64,000 nt of DNA. Source: Escherichia coli O157:H7 (GTDB taxonomy: Bacteria; Pseudomonadota; Gammaproteobacteria; Enterobacterales; Enterobacteriaceae). Of this stretch, positions 25,667 through 43,269 are shown one piece after another. The notes beneath the pieces were generated by a model. The model made no database searches, was not told where the DNA came from, and saw nothing but the letters and a program-made list of their open reading frames with translations. The stretch is from NCBI RefSeq assembly GCF_013167455.1, contig NZ_CP038328.1; one strand, written 5' to 3'. Both the position numbers and the translations under genes were made by a program. Every line of letters starts with the position of its first letter. Positions within the stretch are counted from its first letter, which is position 1.

Positions 25667-26281
25667 TTATTCTTCAATCGCTAACAATTGCAATGAACCA
25701 CGGCTAAAATCCGCCAGCTTCGCGGAAAATTCAGCCACTTTCGCCGCCGGAAGCGCCACCCGCAGCAGAACGAATGCCTGATAATCACTGTTGATAATTT
25801 TGCCGTCACACTGCCCCAGCAACGCTTCAATGCCGGTTAACTGACTATATTCACATTGCAAAGTATATTCGGTTAATGGCGTCTTGCGTTGGGTCGTTAG
25901 CTGGCGCAGCGCCTGATTCACGCCGCCGCCATACGCTTTCACTAACCCACCGGTGCCAAGCAATATGCCGCCGTAGTAGCGCACCACCACAGCGGTAATT
26001 TCCCCAACGCCGCTGCCCATTAGCTGGGCGAGCATCGGTTTACCTGCCGTTCCCGCCGGCTCCCCGTCGTCAGAGAAACCCAGCTGTTGAGAATCATCCG
26101 GCGCACCCGCCACCCACGCCACGCAATGGTGGCGGGCATCGGGGTGTTCTGCCCGCACCGATTCAACAAACGCTTTCGCCGCCTCAACGCCATCGGTATG
26201 CGCCAACAGCGTAATGAAGCGGCTTTTTTTGATCTCTTCAACGACCGTGACCGGTGCCGCAGGAATTAACCAGCTTTCCAT
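25667..26281 (-). CDS. yigZ: IMPACT-family protein YigZ
   Basis: [31 protein letters not shown]...; start ATG overlaps pepQ stop (ATGATG context). Confidence 0.88.
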   Translation of the reverse strand: MESWLIPAAPVTVVEEIKKSRFITLLAHTDGVEAAKAFVESVRAEHPDARHHCVAWVAGAPDDSQQLGFSDDGEPAGTAGKPMLAQLMGSGVGEITAVVVRYYGGILLGTGGLVKAYGGGVNQALRQLTTQRKTPLTEYTLQCEYSQLTGIEALLGQCDGKIINSDYQAFVLLRVALPAAKVAEFSAKLADFSRGSLQLLAIEE

Positions 26282-27612
26282 CACGCCAGTTTCAGATCCC
26301 GGGTCATGTTTTCCACGTTATTTTCGTGGATCACCACGTTGTCTTCGATACGAATGCCGCCGAACGGTTTCAGTGCTTCAATTTTCTGCCAGTTGAAGTG
26401 CTTGCTGAACTGCCCTTCACGCCACGGTGCCAGCAGCGATTCAATGAAGTAGATACCCGGTTCGATGGTTAACACCATGCCCGGCTGGAGAATACGGGTG
26501 CAGCGCAGGTACGGATATTTTGCCGGTGCCGCGAGGTGCGTACCGCTATCATCCTGCATAAAACCGGCGACGTCATGCACCTGCAGGCCCAGCGGATGGC
26601 CGATACCATGCGGCATAAACGGCCCGGTAAGATCGTTTTCGACCATCGCCTCTTCACTCATATCGGTGATGATTTGATGTTTACGCAGCAATTTGGCGAT
26701 GCGCTGATGGAACTGGATGTGGTAATCCACATAGCTAACGCCAGCTTTCATGGTCGCGATCAGCGCCAGTTGTTCATCATTTACGTCTTTCACCAGCTGT
26801 GCGTAATCGTTGTCACTTTTTGCCGACCAGGTACGGGTCAGGTCAGCGGCATAGCCGTTATATTCGGCCCCGGCATCCAGCAGGAAGCTGCGCATCTCTT
26901 CCGACGCCTGATGATCCAGTTTGGTGTAATGCAGCACCGCAGCGTGTTCGTTGAGTGCCACAATGTTGCTGTAAGGTACGTCGGTATCACGATGACCGGT
27001 CGCAGTCAGATAGGCAATATTGATATCGAACTCGCTCATGCCAGAACGGAACGCTTCTTCTGCCGCGCGATGACCGTTGACCGCCATTTTCTGCGCTTCA
27101 CGCATACAGGCCAGCTCGTACTCGGTTTTGAAGGAGCGGTAGTAATGCAGGTAGTCGATAACCCCTTTCGGGTTGATATTGCTGGCCTCAATACCCAGTT
27201 GCAGCGCACGTTCCGGCACCGGACCGATATAACCGATATTGCCGCGCGCAGCAGGCAACAGACTACCAATGCCATCGGCTTTCGGCAGCGCGATCACTTC
27301 TACATCTTCAGTCCAGAAGGAGGTCGGCAGCGGTTCGACGTTGTGCCAGTAATCAACCGGCAGATAGAACCACAGTTTCGGCTTATTCACGCCATCCACC
27401 AGCAGCCAGCAGTTTGGCACCTGAGTTACCGGCACCCACGCTTTGAATTGCGGGTTCACTTTAAACGGATAGGGATGATCGTCGAGAAAAACGTTGAACA
27501 GTTCGCCGGAGTGAATAAGTAACGCATCCAGCTTGAAGCGCGTCAGCGCATCGCGAGTTCGTTCCTGCAATGTAGCTATATGATTTTTATAGAGCGAGGC
27601 CAGTGATTCCAT
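26281..27612 (-). CDS. pepQ: Xaa-Pro dipeptidase (prolidase)
   Basis: 443 aa [37 protein letters not shown]... Confidence 0.95.
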   Translation of the reverse strand: MESLASLYKNHIATLQERTRDALTRFKLDALLIHSGELFNVFLDDHPYPFKVNPQFKAWVPVTQVPNCWLLVDGVNKPKLWFYLPVDYWHNVEPLPTSFWTEDVEVIALPKADGIGSLLPAARGNIGYIGPVPERALQLGIEASNINPKGVIDYLHYYRSFKTEYELACMREAQKMAVNGHRAAEEAFRSGMSEFDINIAYLTATGHRDTDVPYSNIVALNEHAAVLHYTKLDHQASEEMRSFLLDAGAEYNGYAADLTRTWSAKSDNDYAQLVKDVNDEQLALIATMKAGVSYVDYHIQFHQRIAKLLRKHQIITDMSEEAMVENDLTGPFMPHGIGHPLGLQVHDVAGFMQDDSGTHLAAPAKYPYLRCTRILQPGMVLTIEPGIYFIESLLAPWREGQFSKHFNWQKIEALKPFGGIRIEDNVVIHENNVENMTRDLKLA

Positions 27613-27759
27613 TTTTTACCCTTCTGTTTTTTTGACCTTAAGTCTCCGCATCTTAGCACATCGTTCATCCAGAGCGTGATTTCTGCCGAGCGTGATCAGA
27701 TCGGCATTTCTTTAATCTTTTATTTGCATATTTTTAACACAAAATACACACTTCGATGC

Positions 27760-27776
27760 ATCTGGTACGACCAGAT
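27760..27776 (+). promoter_or_regulatory. FadR operator of fadBA
   Basis: ATCTGGTACGACCAGAT palindrome about 25 bp upstream of the fadB start. Confidence 0.8.
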
Positions 27777-27801
27777 CACCTTGCGGATTCAGGAGACTGA
27801 C

Positions 27802-29991
27802 ATGCTTTACAAAGGCGACACCCTGTACCTTGACTGGCTGGAAGATGGCATTGCCGAACTGGTATTTGATGCCCCAGGTTCAGTTAATAAACTCGACACT
27901 GCGACCGTCGCCAGCCTCGGCGAGGCCATCGGCGTGCTGGAACAGCAATCAGATCTAAAAGGGCTGCTGCTGCGTTCGAACAAAGCAGCCTTTATCGTCG
28001 GTGCTGATATCACCGAATTTTTGTCCCTGTTCCTCGTTCCTGAAGAACAGTTAAGTCAGTGGCTGCACTTTGCCAATAGCGTGTTTAATCGCCTGGAAGA
28101 TCTGCCGGTGCCGACCATTGCTGCCGTCAATGGCTATGCGCTGGGCGGTGGCTGCGAATGCGTGCTGGCGACCGATTACCGTCTGGCGACGCCGGATCTG
28201 CGCATCGGTCTGCCGGAAACCAAACTGGGCATCATGCCGGGCTTTGGCGGTTCTGTACGTATGCCACGTATGCTGGGCGCTGACAGTGCGCTGGAAATCA
28301 TTGCCGCCGGTAAAGATGTCGGCGCGGATCAGGCGCTGAAAATCGGTCTGGTGGATGGCGTAGTCAAAGCAGAAAAACTGATTGAAGGGGCGATGGCGAT
28401 TTTACGCCAGGCCATTAACGGCGACCTCGACTGGAAAGCGAAACGTCAGCCGAAGCTGGAACCGCTAAAACTGAGCAAGATTGAAGCCACCATGAGCTTC
28501 ACCATCGCTAAAGGGATGGTCGCACAAACGGCAGGAAAACATTACCCGGCCCCCATCACCGCAGTAAAAACCATTGAAGCTGCGGCTCGTTTTGGTCGTG
28601 AAGAAGCCTTAAACCTAGAAAACAAAAGCTTTGTCCCGCTGGCGCATACCAACGAAGCTCGCGCACTGGTCGGCATTTTCCTTAACGATCAATATGTAAA
28701 AGGCAAAGCGAAGAAACTCACCAAAGACGTTGAAACCCCGAAACAGGCCGCCGTGCTGGGCGCAGGCATTATGGGTGGCGGCATCGCTTACCAGTCTGCG
28801 TGGAAAGGCGTGCCGGTGATTATGAAAGATATTAACGACAAGTCGTTAGCCCTCGGCATGACTGAAGCCGCGAAACTACTGAACAAGCAGCTTGAGCGCG
28901 GCAAGATCGATGGTCTGAAACTGGCTGGCGTGATCTCCACGATCCACCCAACGCTCGACTACGCCGGATTTGAGCGCGTGGATGTTGTGGTAGAAGCGAT
29001 TGTTGAAAACCCGAAAGTGAAAAAAGCCGTGCTGGCAGAAACCGAGCAGAAAGTACGCCCGGATACCGTGCTGGCGTCTAACACTTCAACCATTCCTATC
29101 AGCGAACTGGCCAACGCGCTGGAACGTCCGGAAAACTTCTGCGGGATGCACTTCTTTAACCCGGTCCACCGAATGCCGTTGGTGGAAATTATTCGCGGCG
29201 AGAAAAGCTCCGACGAAACTATTGCGAAAGTCGTCGCCTGGGCGAGCAAGATGGGTAAAACGCCGATTGTGGTTAACGATTGCCCCGGCTTCTTCGTCAA
29301 CCGCGTGCTGTTCCCGTATTTCGCCGGTTTCAGCCAGTTGCTGCGCGACGGCGCGGATTTCCGCAAGATCGACAAAGTGATGGAAAAACAGTTTGGCTGG
29401 CCTATGGGTCCGGCATATCTGCTGGACGTTGTGGGCATTGACACCGCGCATCACGCCCAGGCAGTCATGGCAGCGGGCTTCCCACAGCGGATGCAGAAAG
29501 ATTATCGCGATGCCATCGACGCGCTGTTTGATGCCAACCGCTTTGGTCAGAAGAACGGCCTCGGTTTCTGGCATTATAAAGAAGACAGCAAAGGTAAGCC
29601 GAAGAAAGAAGAAGACGCCGCTGTTGACGACCTGCTGGCAGAAGTGAGCCAGCCGAAGCGCGATTTCAGCGAAGAAGAGATTATCGCCCGCATGATGATC
29701 CCGATGGTCAACGAAGTGGTGCGCTGTCTGGAAGAAGGCATTATCGCCACTCCGGCAGAAGCGGATATGGCGCTGGTCTACGGCCTGGGCTTCCCTCCGT
29801 TCCACGGCGGCGCGTTCCGCTGGCTGGACACCCTCGGCAGCGCAAAATACCTCGATATGGCACAGCAATATCAGCACCTCGGCCCGCTGTACGAAGTGCC
29901 GGAAGGTCTGCGTAATAAAGCGCGTCATAACGAACCGTACTATCCCCCGGTTGAGCCAGCCCGTCCGGTTGGCGACCTGAAAACGGCTTAA
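27802..29991 (+). CDS. fadB: Fatty acid oxidation complex alpha subunit (enoyl-CoA hydratase / 3-hydroxyacyl-CoA dehydrogenase)
   Basis: [32 protein letters not shown]..., 729 aa from the annotated-type ATG. Confidence 0.96.
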   Translation: MLYKGDTLYLDWLEDGIAELVFDAPGSVNKLDTATVASLGEAIGVLEQQSDLKGLLLRSNKAAFIVGADITEFLSLFLVPEEQLSQWLHFANSVFNRLEDLPVPTIAAVNGYALGGGCECVLATDYRLATPDLRIGLPETKLGIMPGFGGSVRMPRMLGADSALEIIAAGKDVGADQALKIGLVDGVVKAEKLIEGAMAILRQAINGDLDWKAKRQPKLEPLKLSKIEATMSFTIAKGMVAQTAGKHYPAPITAVKTIEAAARFGREEALNLENKSFVPLAHTNEARALVGIFLNDQYVKGKAKKLTKDVETPKQAAVLGAGIMGGGIAYQSAWKGVPVIMKDINDKSLALGMTEAAKLLNKQLERGKIDGLKLAGVISTIHPTLDYAGFERVDVVVEAIVENPKVKKAVLAETEQKVRPDTVLASNTSTIPISELANALERPENFCGMHFFNPVHRMPLVEIIRGEKSSDETIAKVVAWASKMGKTPIVVNDCPGFFVNRVLFPYFAGFSQLLRDGADFRKIDKVMEKQFGWPMGPAYLLDVVGIDTAHHAQAVMAAGFPQRMQKDYRDAIDALFDANRFGQKNGLGFWHYKEDSKGKPKKEEDAAVDDLLAEVSQPKRDFSEEEIIARMMIPMVNEVVRCLEEGIIATPAEADMALVYGLGFPPFHGGAFRWLDTLGSAKYLDMAQQYQHLGPLYEVPEGLRNKARHNEPYYPPVEPARPVGDLKTA

Positions 29992-31164
<1,173 letters not shown>

Positions 31165-31165
31165 C

Positions 31166-31290
31166 CACTTGCCGGATGCGGCGTGAACGCCTTATCCGGT
31201 CTACCGATCCGGCACCAATGTAGGCCTGATAAGACGCGCCAGCGTCGCATCAGGCATCGTGTGCCGAATGCCGGATGCGACATAGATCTA
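31166..31290. repeat. REP/BIME cluster
   Basis: gccggatgcggcgtgaacgccttatccggtctac, gtaggcctgataagacgcgccagcgtcgcatcaggc, gccggatgcgac repeats. Confidence 0.8.
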
Positions 31291-31324
31291 AATGCCACTG
31301 AATAAAGTTTTAGTTGCCGTTCTT

Positions 31325-31350
31325 CCCGCCTGTCAGGGGCGGGTTTTTTT
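31325..31350 (+). terminator. Rho-independent terminator of fadBA
   Basis: cccgcc-tgtcagg-ggcggg hairpin plus TTTTTTT. Confidence 0.75.
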
Positions 31351-31355
31351 ATATC

Positions 31356-32057
31356 TCAGATAAATGCAAACGCATCGCCAAACAGGCGATCTTCCCGCGC
31401 ATTACGCTCACTGCAAAACAGGTCACGGGCAATTTTCGCCATCTCAAAACGTCCGGCAATATAGATATCATGCTCTGCCAGCGTACCGTGATCCTGCAAT
31501 ACCGCCGTTAACACGGTGCCAGTACGCCCACGCCAGCCCGCTTCCGGTTGTTCAACCACCGGCACCACTTGCAGACCAGGATGCTTCAACGAAAGCGCCT
31601 CAAGCTCGCAGAGATCATACAGATGCTGCTCTTCACGCCCGCCCCAGTAAATGGTGATATCACGGTTTGGGTTACGCGCCAACGCTGTCAGCAAAATCGA
31701 GCGGGCATAAGAGAACCCGGTGCCGCCCGCAATCAAAATCATCGGACGCTCTTCATCATCGCGCAGCCACGCTTCTCCGTGGGGAATATCGACCACGATT
31801 TGATGATCTTTGAGGATGCGGTCCATGACTGCTTTCGCGTAAAGGTTGATTTCAGAAGCGCCAATATGCAGCTCGATAAACCCTTTTTCATCCGGCGTCG
31901 AGGCCATTGAGAACGGACGTTTGTCGCGCTCATCCATCACTACCATCAAATACTGACCAGCACGAAAAGAAAAGGCCGCGTCTGGCACGATGCGGACACG
32001 ATATACGGTATCCGTGATAGCTTCTACCGAGGTCACTTTACAGCTTAAGGTTGTCAT
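31356..32057 (-). CDS. fre: NAD(P)H-flavin reductase
   Basis: [40 protein letters not shown]..., 233 aa. Confidence 0.93.
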
Positions 32058-32102
32058 GCGCTTTCTCTGTCGGATCGATAAATAGGGCAAAACAAACGCG
32101 CA

Positions 32103-33596
32103 TCAGGCGCTTTTACCGTTGTTAAAAATAGCCAGTTCATCCCAGATGGCGTCAATATGTGCGACAACATCTGGATCTTTTTTGATGGGACGTCCCCATT
32201 CACGCTGGGTTTCCCCCGGCCATTTATTCGTGGCATCCAGCCCCATTTTTGAACCCAGCCCGGAGACAGGCGAGGCAAAATCCAGATAATCAATAGGCGT
32301 ATTTTCTACCAGAACAGTATCCCGCGCTGGGTCCATACGGGTGGTAATCGCCCAAATCACATCGTTCCAGTCGCGTGCGTTAACGTCATCATCGCAAACG
32401 ATCACAAATTTAGTGTACATAAACTGGCGTAAGAACGACCAGACGCCCATCATGACGCGCTTCGCGTGTCCGGCGTACTGTTTTTTGATTGTCACTACCG
32501 CCAGGCGATAAGAGCAGCCTTCCGGCGGCAGGTAAAAATCGACAATTTCCGGGAACTGCTTTTGCAGAATGGGAACAAATACTTCGTTCAACGCCACTCC
32601 CAGTACCGCGGGTTCATCTGGCGGACGCCCGGTATAGGTGGAATGGTAAATCGCATCTTCACGCTGGGTAATATGCGTCACGGTAAATACCGGGAAACTA
32701 TCGACTTCGTTATAGTAACCAGTGTGGTCACCATACGGTCCTTCTGGCGCCATTTCGCCTTGTTCGATATACCCTTCCAGCACAATCTCCGCACTGGCGG
32801 GCACTTCGAGATCATTGGAAATACACTTCACTACTTCGGTTTTGGTGCCACGTAGCAATCCGGCAAAGGCGTATTCCGACAAAGTATCTGGTACTGGTGT
32901 GACTGCACCGAGAATGGTTGCCGGATCAGCGCCCAACGCCACAGAGATCGGGAAACGTTCACCTGGATGCGCCGCACACCACTCCTGATAATCCAGCGCG
33001 CCGCCGCGATGCGACAGCCAACGCATAATCAGCTTGTTTTTACCAATCAGTTGCTGGCGATAAATGCCCAGATTCTGTCGCTCTTTATGAGGGCCACGTG
33101 TAACGGTTAGCCCCCATGTAATCAGCGGCGCGGCATCTTCCGGCCAACAGGTCATAATGGGAATACGGTTGAGATCGACGTCATCGCCAGAGACGATTTT
33201 TTGTTGGCAGGGTGCACCGCGCAGTCGCTTTGTCGGCATGTTTAACACCTGCTTAAACTGCGGCAGCTTATCAAACAGATCGCGAAAACCTTTTGGCGGC
33301 TCTGGTTCTTTCAGAAATGCTAATAATTTACCGACTTCACGCAGTGCTGAAACATCTTCCTGGCCCATACCCATCGCTACGCGCTTTGGCGTACCGAACA
33401 AGTTGCACAGCACCGGCATTGAGTACCCTTTAGGGTTTTCAAACAACAGCGCAGGCCCACCAGCACGCAGCGTGCGGTCAGCAATTTCAGTGATTTCCAG
33501 ATGCGGGTCCACCGGGAGCGTGATACGTTTTAGCTCACCCTGCTGTTCAAGCAACGTCAAGAAGTCGCGTAAATCGTTATATTTCATGGCGTCCAT
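32103..33596 (-). CDS. ubiD: 3-octaprenyl-4-hydroxybenzoate decarboxylase
   Basis: 497 aa [31 protein letters not shown]... Confidence 0.95.
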   Translation of the reverse strand: MDAMKYNDLRDFLTLLEQQGELKRITLPVDPHLEITEIADRTLRAGGPALLFENPKGYSMPVLCNLFGTPKRVAMGMGQEDVSALREVGKLLAFLKEPEPPKGFRDLFDKLPQFKQVLNMPTKRLRGAPCQQKIVSGDDVDLNRIPIMTCWPEDAAPLITWGLTVTRGPHKERQNLGIYRQQLIGKNKLIMRWLSHRGGALDYQEWCAAHPGERFPISVALGADPATILGAVTPVPDTLSEYAFAGLLRGTKTEVVKCISNDLEVPASAEIVLEGYIEQGEMAPEGPYGDHTGYYNEVDSFPVFTVTHITQREDAIYHSTYTGRPPDEPAVLGVALNEVFVPILQKQFPEIVDFYLPPEGCSYRLAVVTIKKQYAGHAKRVMMGVWSFLRQFMYTKFVIVCDDDVNARDWNDVIWAITTRMDPARDTVLVENTPIDYLDFASPVSGLGSKMGLDATNKWPGETQREWGRPIKKDPDVVAHIDAIWDELAIFNNGKSA

Positions 33597-33717
33597 TGTA
33601 GCCTCTTAATCTGCGCCCATTATACGGCGTTCATCTTTGCGATGCTGTAAATTTGTTAAATTAGCGTGAACTCTGACGGTATAACGCAAACCGGGGAATA
33701 TAATTAACTTAGCGTAA

Positions 33718-35030
<1,313 letters not shown>

Positions 35031-35071
35031 CCTGTACTCCATATGACAACCGCCCTGACGGGCGGTTGAAT

Positions 35072-35848
35072 TTATTCTTCAGTTTTTTCGCTTTCTGCTT
35101 CAGCGTCGTTTTCCTCTTCCCGATTTCGCCCTTTACCAACGTAAAAGCGTGAGAAGAAGACACCGATTTCAAACAGACAGTACATCGGGATCGCCAACAG
35201 CGTTTGCGAGAAGACATCCGGCGGCGTCAGCAACATCCCGACAACGAATGCACCAACCAGCACATACGGGCGTTTTTTGCGTAAGTCTTCTGGCGAGGTA
35301 ATCCCCATCCAGCACAGCAGCACAATTGCCACCGGCACTTCAAAGGAGACACCAAACGCCATAAACAGCGCCATAACGAAGCTTAAATAGCTGGCGATGT
35401 CGGTGGATACCTGCACCCCTTCCGGCGCGGTATTGGCAAGGAAGCCAAATGCCAGCGGAAAGACCACAAAGTAGGCGAACGCCATGCCGATATAAAATAG
35501 CAGAGAGCTGGAAACCAGCAGCGGCACCACCAGGCGACGTTCATGCTTATACAGCGCTGGGGCGATAAATGCCCACACCTGATAGAGAATCACCGGCGCT
35601 GACAGAATCAGCGACACCATAAAGGTCAGCTTGATCGGCGTAAAGAACGGCGAGGCCACGTCGGTGGCGATCATCGTTGAACCTTGCGGCAACTGCTTGA
35701 TCAATGGCGCGGATACCAGGTGATAGATGTCATTGGCGAAATAGACCAGACACAGGAATATCACGATCACCGCGATAATGCAGTTCAGCAGACGCTTACG
35801 CAGCTCAATCAGATGCGTGATAAGCGGTTGAGTATCTTCTACAGACAT
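35072..35848 (-). CDS. tatC: Twin-arginine translocase subunit TatC
   Basis: 258 aa [29 protein letters not shown]... Confidence 0.96.
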
Positions 35849-35850
35849 GT

Positions 35851-36366
35851 TTACGGTTTATCACTCGACGAAGGGGAAGGTGCAGCGGTTTTCGGTTCAG
35901 CGTCCGCAGCAGGTTTTACCACCGGCTCTGGCGTGGTTTCTGGCTTCTGTTCCGGCGAACTGGCCTGCGTTTGTGCAGCGGCAGGCGTTACACCCTCATG
36001 CGCAGCTTCATTATCTTTCACCACCGGGTTATGGATGGTGTGCGCTTCATCGCTCGCCTTTTCAGGATCGTTTGCAACGTAGGAACGCTTCATCGACTCC
36101 GCGGCCTGGCGTAGTTCATCCATCGACGCTTTCAGTTCGGGCGTCAGGTTAGTGAGGCTCGCCTTTTCAACCTTTTTCAGACTGTCCTGAAACTCCTGGA
36201 GTTTTAACTCCTGGGTCAGTTCGTTCTGCACCGTTGTCGCCAGTGAACGCAACGCGCGAATCCAGCCCGCTACCGTTTTTACCGCCACAGGCAGTCGTTG
36301 CGGCCCCAGAACGACGAGGCCGATGATGAACACCAATAGCAGTTCGCTAAAACCGATATCAAACAC
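35851..36366 (-). CDS. tatB: Twin-arginine translocase subunit TatB
   Basis: 171 aa [26 protein letters not shown]... Confidence 0.95.
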
Positions 36367-36369
36367 GGA

Positions 36370-36639
36370 TTACACCTGCTCTTTATCGTGGCGCTTCGCG
36401 TCTTCTGTTTTAGCCTGTTCCTGATTCGTATCCGCCTGCTTATCGGCGATAGTTTTCGCAGTAAAATCAGCATCCTGACTGGTTTTATCCTGCTTTGGTT
36501 CATCATCGCTCATTGCTTTTTTAAAGCCTTTGATCGACGCACCAAGATCGGAACCGATGGAGCCGAGCTTTTTGGTGCCAAAAAGCAGTACAACGATGAC
36601 GGCAATAATCAATAACTGCCAAATACTGATACCACCCAT
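36370..36639 (-). CDS. tatA: Twin-arginine translocase subunit TatA
   Basis: [33 protein letters not shown]..., 89 aa from internal ATG. Confidence 0.94.
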   Translation of the reverse strand: MGGISIWQLLIIAVIVVLLFGTKKLGSIGSDLGASIKGFKKAMSDDEPKQDKTSQDADFTAKTIADKQADTNQEQAKTEDAKRHDKEQV

Positions 36640-36717
36640 ACATGTTCCTCTGTGGTAGATGATGATTAAACAAAGCCGCATTATACGTTACACGGCCCGC
36701 CTTGAGCGATGAAAAAA

Positions 36718-38960
<2,243 letters not shown>

Positions 38961-38973
38961 TTCCGGTCTCCTG

Positions 38974-39729
38974 TCAGAACTTATAACCACGATGCAGCGC
39001 CACAACCCCTGCCGTCAGATTGTAGTAGTCGACACTTTCGAATCCGGCATCCTGCATCATGGCTTTCAGGGTATCCTGATCGGGATGCATACGGATGGAT
39101 TCTGCCAGATAACGGTAGCTGTCGGCGTCGTTCGCGACCAGTGAGCCAATACGCGGCAGCACATGGAAGGAGTATGCATCATAGGCTTTGCTCAGCGGCT
39201 CGATAATTGGCTTCGAGAACTCAAGCACCAGCAGGCGGCCGCCGGGTTTCAGCACGCGATACATTGAACGCAGTGCTTTATCTTTGTCGGTGACGTTACG
39301 CAGACCAAACGAAATGGTGATGCAATCAAAGGTGTTATCCGGGAACGGCAGCGCCTCAGCGTTCGCCTGAACATACTCAACGTTGCCAATCACACCGATA
39401 TTACGCAGCTTCTCGCGGCCCATTTTGAGCATGGATTCATTGATATCAGCAAGGACCACTTTGCCAGTTTCTCCGACCAGGCGGGAGAATTTCGCTGTCA
39501 GGTCGCCGGTGCCACCAGCCAGATCCAGCACGGTCTGCCCACGGCGTACGCCGCTGCAATCAATCGTGAATCGCTTCCACAAACGATGAATACCAAATGA
39601 CATCAAATCATTCATGACATCGTATTTTGATGCCACGGAATGGAAAACGTGGGCGACCATATCCGCTTTTTGTTCCTTCGCGACGGTCTGAAAACCAAAG
39701 TGCGTCGTTTCTTGTGACTTATCCACCAT
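38974..39729 (-). CDS. ubiE: Ubiquinone/menaquinone C-methyltransferase
   Basis: 251 aa [37 protein letters not shown]...; SAM-binding LDLAGGTGD. Confidence 0.96.
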
Positions 39730-39823
39730 CTCAATGCCTGCTCATCAAAAAATTGTTCCAGAAGTGTAACAGATTGGGCGTCGATGCCCTAGATTTCTAC
39801 CCGGCTTAACTACTCCCAATGGG

Positions 39824-41251
39824 CTAGCGCGACTGCTGATTATATTCATCATCGCGTTGATAAGCTTCATCATTCGGCTGCTCCGGAACCGACCGAAGTC
39901 GATACTCTTCATCCTGGCTCACCGCCTGTTCAGCCAAATCCGGATTAATCTCGCGTTTAATTTCTACTCCTAAACCGCGAAACGCTTCTGCCTGCGCCAG
40001 CACATTTCCGCGCCCTGAAGAGAGTTTTTTCATTGCCTGCCGATAGTTATCCTGCGCTTTGTCGAGACTTTGACCAATCGCGGACATGTCATCGATGAAC
40101 AAACGCATCTTGTCGTACAGCTTGCTGGCACGATCGGCGATTTGCTGGGCGTTGCGGCTTTGATGCTCATAACGCCACAGGTTGGCGATAGTGCGCAGCG
40201 CCACCAGCAGCGTAGTCGGGCTAACCAGCATGATATTGTTTTTCAACGCTTCGGTGATCAGCTCCGGCTGGCGGTCAAGCGCCAGTAAAAAAGCGGGTTC
40301 AACGGGAATAAACATCAGCACGTAATCCAGAGTTCGCAGCCCCGGCAGCTGTTGATAATCTTTGCGTCCCAGCAAACGGATATGGTTACGCACCGACGCG
40401 ATATGTTCCTGTAGCGCGCTTTCGCGGGTGTAGTCGTCTTCGGCGTTAAAATAGCGTTCATAGGCGACCAGCGTCATTTTGGCGTCGATCACCACATCTT
40501 TTCCCTGCGGCAGCCGCACGATGACATCCGGCTGCATCCGCGAGCGGGCGTCATTTTCGATGCTGACCTGGGTTTCATATTCATACCCTTCACGCAGACC
40601 GGAAGCCTCCAGCACCCGCGTCAATACTACCTCGCCCCAGTTGCCCTGGGTTTTATTGTCGCCTTTCAGCGCGCGCGTCAGGTTGATCGCTTCCTGGGCC
40701 ATTTGCGCGTTGAGTTGCTGGAGATTGCGAATTTCGTGGGTCAGGGTATGGCGTTCTTGTGCTTCTTTACCGAAGCTGTCCTGAACCTGACGGCGGAAAC
40801 CGTCCAGTTGTTCACGTAGCGGCGACAACAGGCTGTTCAGACTCTGACGGTTTTGCTCATCAACCCGGCGATTGCTGTGCTCAAAAATACGGTTGGCGAG
40901 GTTTTCAAACTGCTCACTGAGGCGCTGCTCGCTGTTAATCATCTGGCGAATTTTATCGTCAGCATGTTGCTGTGCGGCTTCCATCCGCGTGGTTACTTCA
41001 CGCAGATCGGCCTCCAGAGAGGTGTTAATACTTTGCAGGCTGCGCACTTCGTTATTGAGTAACTCGCACTCTGCACGCCAGTGCTCGCTTTGGGTAATTT
41101 GTTGTTTTACCGCGCTTAACTCCGCGACCATCTCTTCACGTTCAGCTAATTGCTCGGCTTTTTGCTGCGCATGTTGATAACTGGCAAACAGCCAGCCAAT
41201 TGCCACACCCACCAACGCAATAACTGCGTAAACCATGATTGAGAAATCCAC
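39824..41251 (-). CDS. rmuC: DNA recombination protein RmuC
   Basis: 475 aa MDFSIMVYAVIALVGVAIGWLFASYQHAQQKAEQ... Confidence 0.93.
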   Translation of the reverse strand: MDFSIMVYAVIALVGVAIGWLFASYQHAQQKAEQLAEREEMVAELSAVKQQITQSEHWRAECELLNNEVRSLQSINTSLEADLREVTTRMEAAQQHADDKIRQMINSEQRLSEQFENLANRIFEHSNRRVDEQNRQSLNSLLSPLREQLDGFRRQVQDSFGKEAQERHTLTHEIRNLQQLNAQMAQEAINLTRALKGDNKTQGNWGEVVLTRVLEASGLREGYEYETQVSIENDARSRMQPDVIVRLPQGKDVVIDAKMTLVAYERYFNAEDDYTRESALQEHIASVRNHIRLLGRKDYQQLPGLRTLDYVLMFIPVEPAFLLALDRQPELITEALKNNIMLVSPTTLLVALRTIANLWRYEHQSRNAQQIADRASKLYDKMRLFIDDMSAIGQSLDKAQDNYRQAMKKLSSGRGNVLAQAEAFRGLGVEIKREINPDLAEQAVSQDEEYRLRSVPEQPNDEAYQRDDEYNQQSR

Positions 41252-41353
41252 AACGCCTCCTGACGCAACAACTTACCCGCACAAAATAGAATTGTGCTGT
41301 ACAAACGTCCAGTTGGAAAGGCATTTCCTGCGAGGCGCTACGCAAAAATACAA

Positions 41354-41374
41354 AAGGCCGAACGCGTCGGCCTT
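41354..41374 (-). terminator. Rho-independent terminator of udp
   Basis: aaggccgacgcgttcggcctt hairpin followed by T-run on minus strand. Confidence 0.7.
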
Positions 41375-41391
41375 CAGACAGGAGAAGAGAA

Positions 41392-42153
41392 TTACAGCAG
41401 ACGACGCGCCGCTTCCACCACGATTTTCACCGCTTGGCTTTCAGTTTGTTTCATCGTCTCAGCATTCGGGATCTCTTGCTGGGTGCGGTTAACGATAACA
41501 CCCGCTACCATACCGGCACGCAGGCCCTGACTTGCACACATGGTCAGCAGGGTTGCAGATTCCATTTCATAGTTCATTACGCCCATCGCCTGCCACTCTT
41601 CCATAGAACCTTTAAAGTGACGAACTACGCGACCAGAGTAAGTATCGTAACGTTCCTGACCTGGGTAGAAGGTATCAGAAGAAGCTGTCACGCCAACGTG
41701 AGTTGTCGCGCCAATGGATTTCGCAGCTTCAACCAGCGCAGTCGTACATTCGAAATCAGCGACAGCCGGGAATTCCAGCGGTGCGAAGTGCAGGCTCGCG
41801 CCATCCAGACGGACAGACGCCGTGGTAACCAGGACATCACCCACATTAATATGCGGCTGAATAGCGCCCGTTGTACCGATACGCAGGAAGGTGCGAATGC
41901 CCAGCTGTGCCAGCTCTTCAACAGCAATAGAGGTAGACGGGCCGCCGATACCGGTAGAGCAGACGATAACAGGTTTACCATCCAGCTCTGCACGCCAGGT
42001 AGTGAATTCGCGGTGAGATGCCAGCTTAACCGGCTTATCCATCAGCGCGGCGATCTTTTCCACACGATCCGGGTCGCCAGGGACGATGGCAAGCGTAGCC
42101 CCTTGTAAATCGTTTTTAGTGAGGCCGAGATGAAAAACATCAGACTTGGACAT
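41392..42153 (-). CDS. udp: Uridine phosphorylase
   Basis: [35 protein letters not shown]..., 253 aa. Confidence 0.96.
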   Translation of the reverse strand: MSKSDVFHLGLTKNDLQGATLAIVPGDPDRVEKIAALMDKPVKLASHREFTTWRAELDGKPVIVCSTGIGGPSTSIAVEELAQLGIRTFLRIGTTGAIQPHINVGDVLVTTASVRLDGASLHFAPLEFPAVADFECTTALVEAAKSIGATTHVGVTASSDTFYPGQERYDTYSGRVVRHFKGSMEEWQAMGVMNYEMESATLLTMCASQGLRAGMVAGVIVNRTQQEIPNAETMKQTESQAVKIVVEAARRLL

Positions 42154-42226
42154 ATACAACTCCTCTGTGAATCGGTTTAGTCAGAAGAAGCAAAAAGACA
42201 CTTTACCGAAGGGTTTAACATTTTTT

Positions 42227-42294
42227 CGTGATACTCATCACCATGACGCAAATGCGTTGCATAAATTTACCCACCAAAGGTGATGCAAATCACA
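42227..42294 (-). promoter_or_regulatory. udp promoter: tandem CRP sites about 52 bp apart (CytR/CRP architecture)
   Basis: GTGATACTCATCAC (42228-42241) and GTGATGCAAATCAC (42280-42293), both GTGA-N6-TCAC. Confidence 0.7.
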
Positions 42295-42414
42295 TAAATC
42301 ACTCTTCATTCTGCAGGACTGCATAAAAGATGAGCCGATTCAGGCAATGTGATTTGTTGCATGCTGACTATAGTTAACATTGCGCAACATTTTTATAAGG
42401 GTACGGAGAATACC

Positions 42415-43230
42415 ATGGCAACAACACAACAATCTGGATTTGCACCTGCTGCATCGCCTCTCGCTTCGACCATCGTTCAGACCCCGGACGACGCGATTGT
42501 GGCGGGCTTCACCTCTATCCCTTCACAAGGGGATAACATGCCTGCTTACCATGCCAGACCAAAGCAAAGCGATGGCCCACTGCCAGTGGTCATTGTAGTG
42601 CAGGAAATTTTTGGCGTGCATGAACATATCCGCGACATTTGTCGCCGTCTGGCGCTGGAGGGGTATCTGGCTATCGCACCTGAACTTTACTTCCGCGAAG
42701 GCGATCCGAATGATTTTGCCGATATCCCCACGTTGCTTAGCGGTCTGGTAGCAAAAGTGCCTGACTCGCAGGTGCTGGCCGATCTCGATCATGTCGCCAG
42801 TTGGGCTTCCCGCAACGGCGGCGATGTTCATCGTTTAATGATCACCGGATTCTGCTGGGGTGGACGTATCACTTGGCTGTATGCCGCGCATAATCCACAG
42901 CTAAAAGCCGCAGTGGCGTGGTACGGCAAACTGACGGGCGATAAGTCGCTGAATTCACCGAAACAACCTGTTGATATCGCAACCGATCTTAACGCGCCGG
43001 TTCTCGGCTTATATGGCGGTCTGGATAACAGTATTCCGCAGGAGAGCGTTGAAACCATGCGCCAGGCGCTGCGGGCTGCTAATGCGAAAGCAGAGATTAT
43101 CGTGTACCCGGACGCCGGGCATGCATTCAACGCTGATTATCGCCCGAGCTATCATGCCGCATCTGCAGAAGATGGCTGGCAGCGTATGCTGGAATGGTTT
43201 AAGCAGTATGGTGGGAAGAAGTCGCTGTAA
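42415..43230 (+). CDS. ysgA: Putative dienelactone hydrolase / carboxymethylenebutenolidase
   Basis: [32 protein letters not shown]...; 271 aa from internal ATG. Confidence 0.85.
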   Translation: MATTQQSGFAPAASPLASTIVQTPDDAIVAGFTSIPSQGDNMPAYHARPKQSDGPLPVVIVVQEIFGVHEHIRDICRRLALEGYLAIAPELYFREGDPNDFADIPTLLSGLVAKVPDSQVLADLDHVASWASRNGGDVHRLMITGFCWGGRITWLYAAHNPQLKAAVAWYGKLTGDKSLNSPKQPVDIATDLNAPVLGLYGGLDNSIPQESVETMRQALRAANAKAEIIVYPDAGHAFNADYRPSYHAASAEDGWQRMLEWFKQYGGKKSL

Positions 43231-43235
43231 TGAGA

Positions 43236-43265
43236 AAAGACCGGGTGGTATTACCACCCGGTTTG
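43236..43265. terminator. Bidirectional terminator between convergent ysgA and metE
   Basis: ccgggtggt-att-accacccgg hairpin flanked by A-run and T-run. Confidence 0.7.
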
Positions 43266-43269
43266 GATT

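Noticed and set aside
26536-27522. 328-aa plus-strand ORF antisense to pepQ
   Set aside because: Fully embedded antisense to a confidently identified gene; no SD, composition typical of antisense frames.
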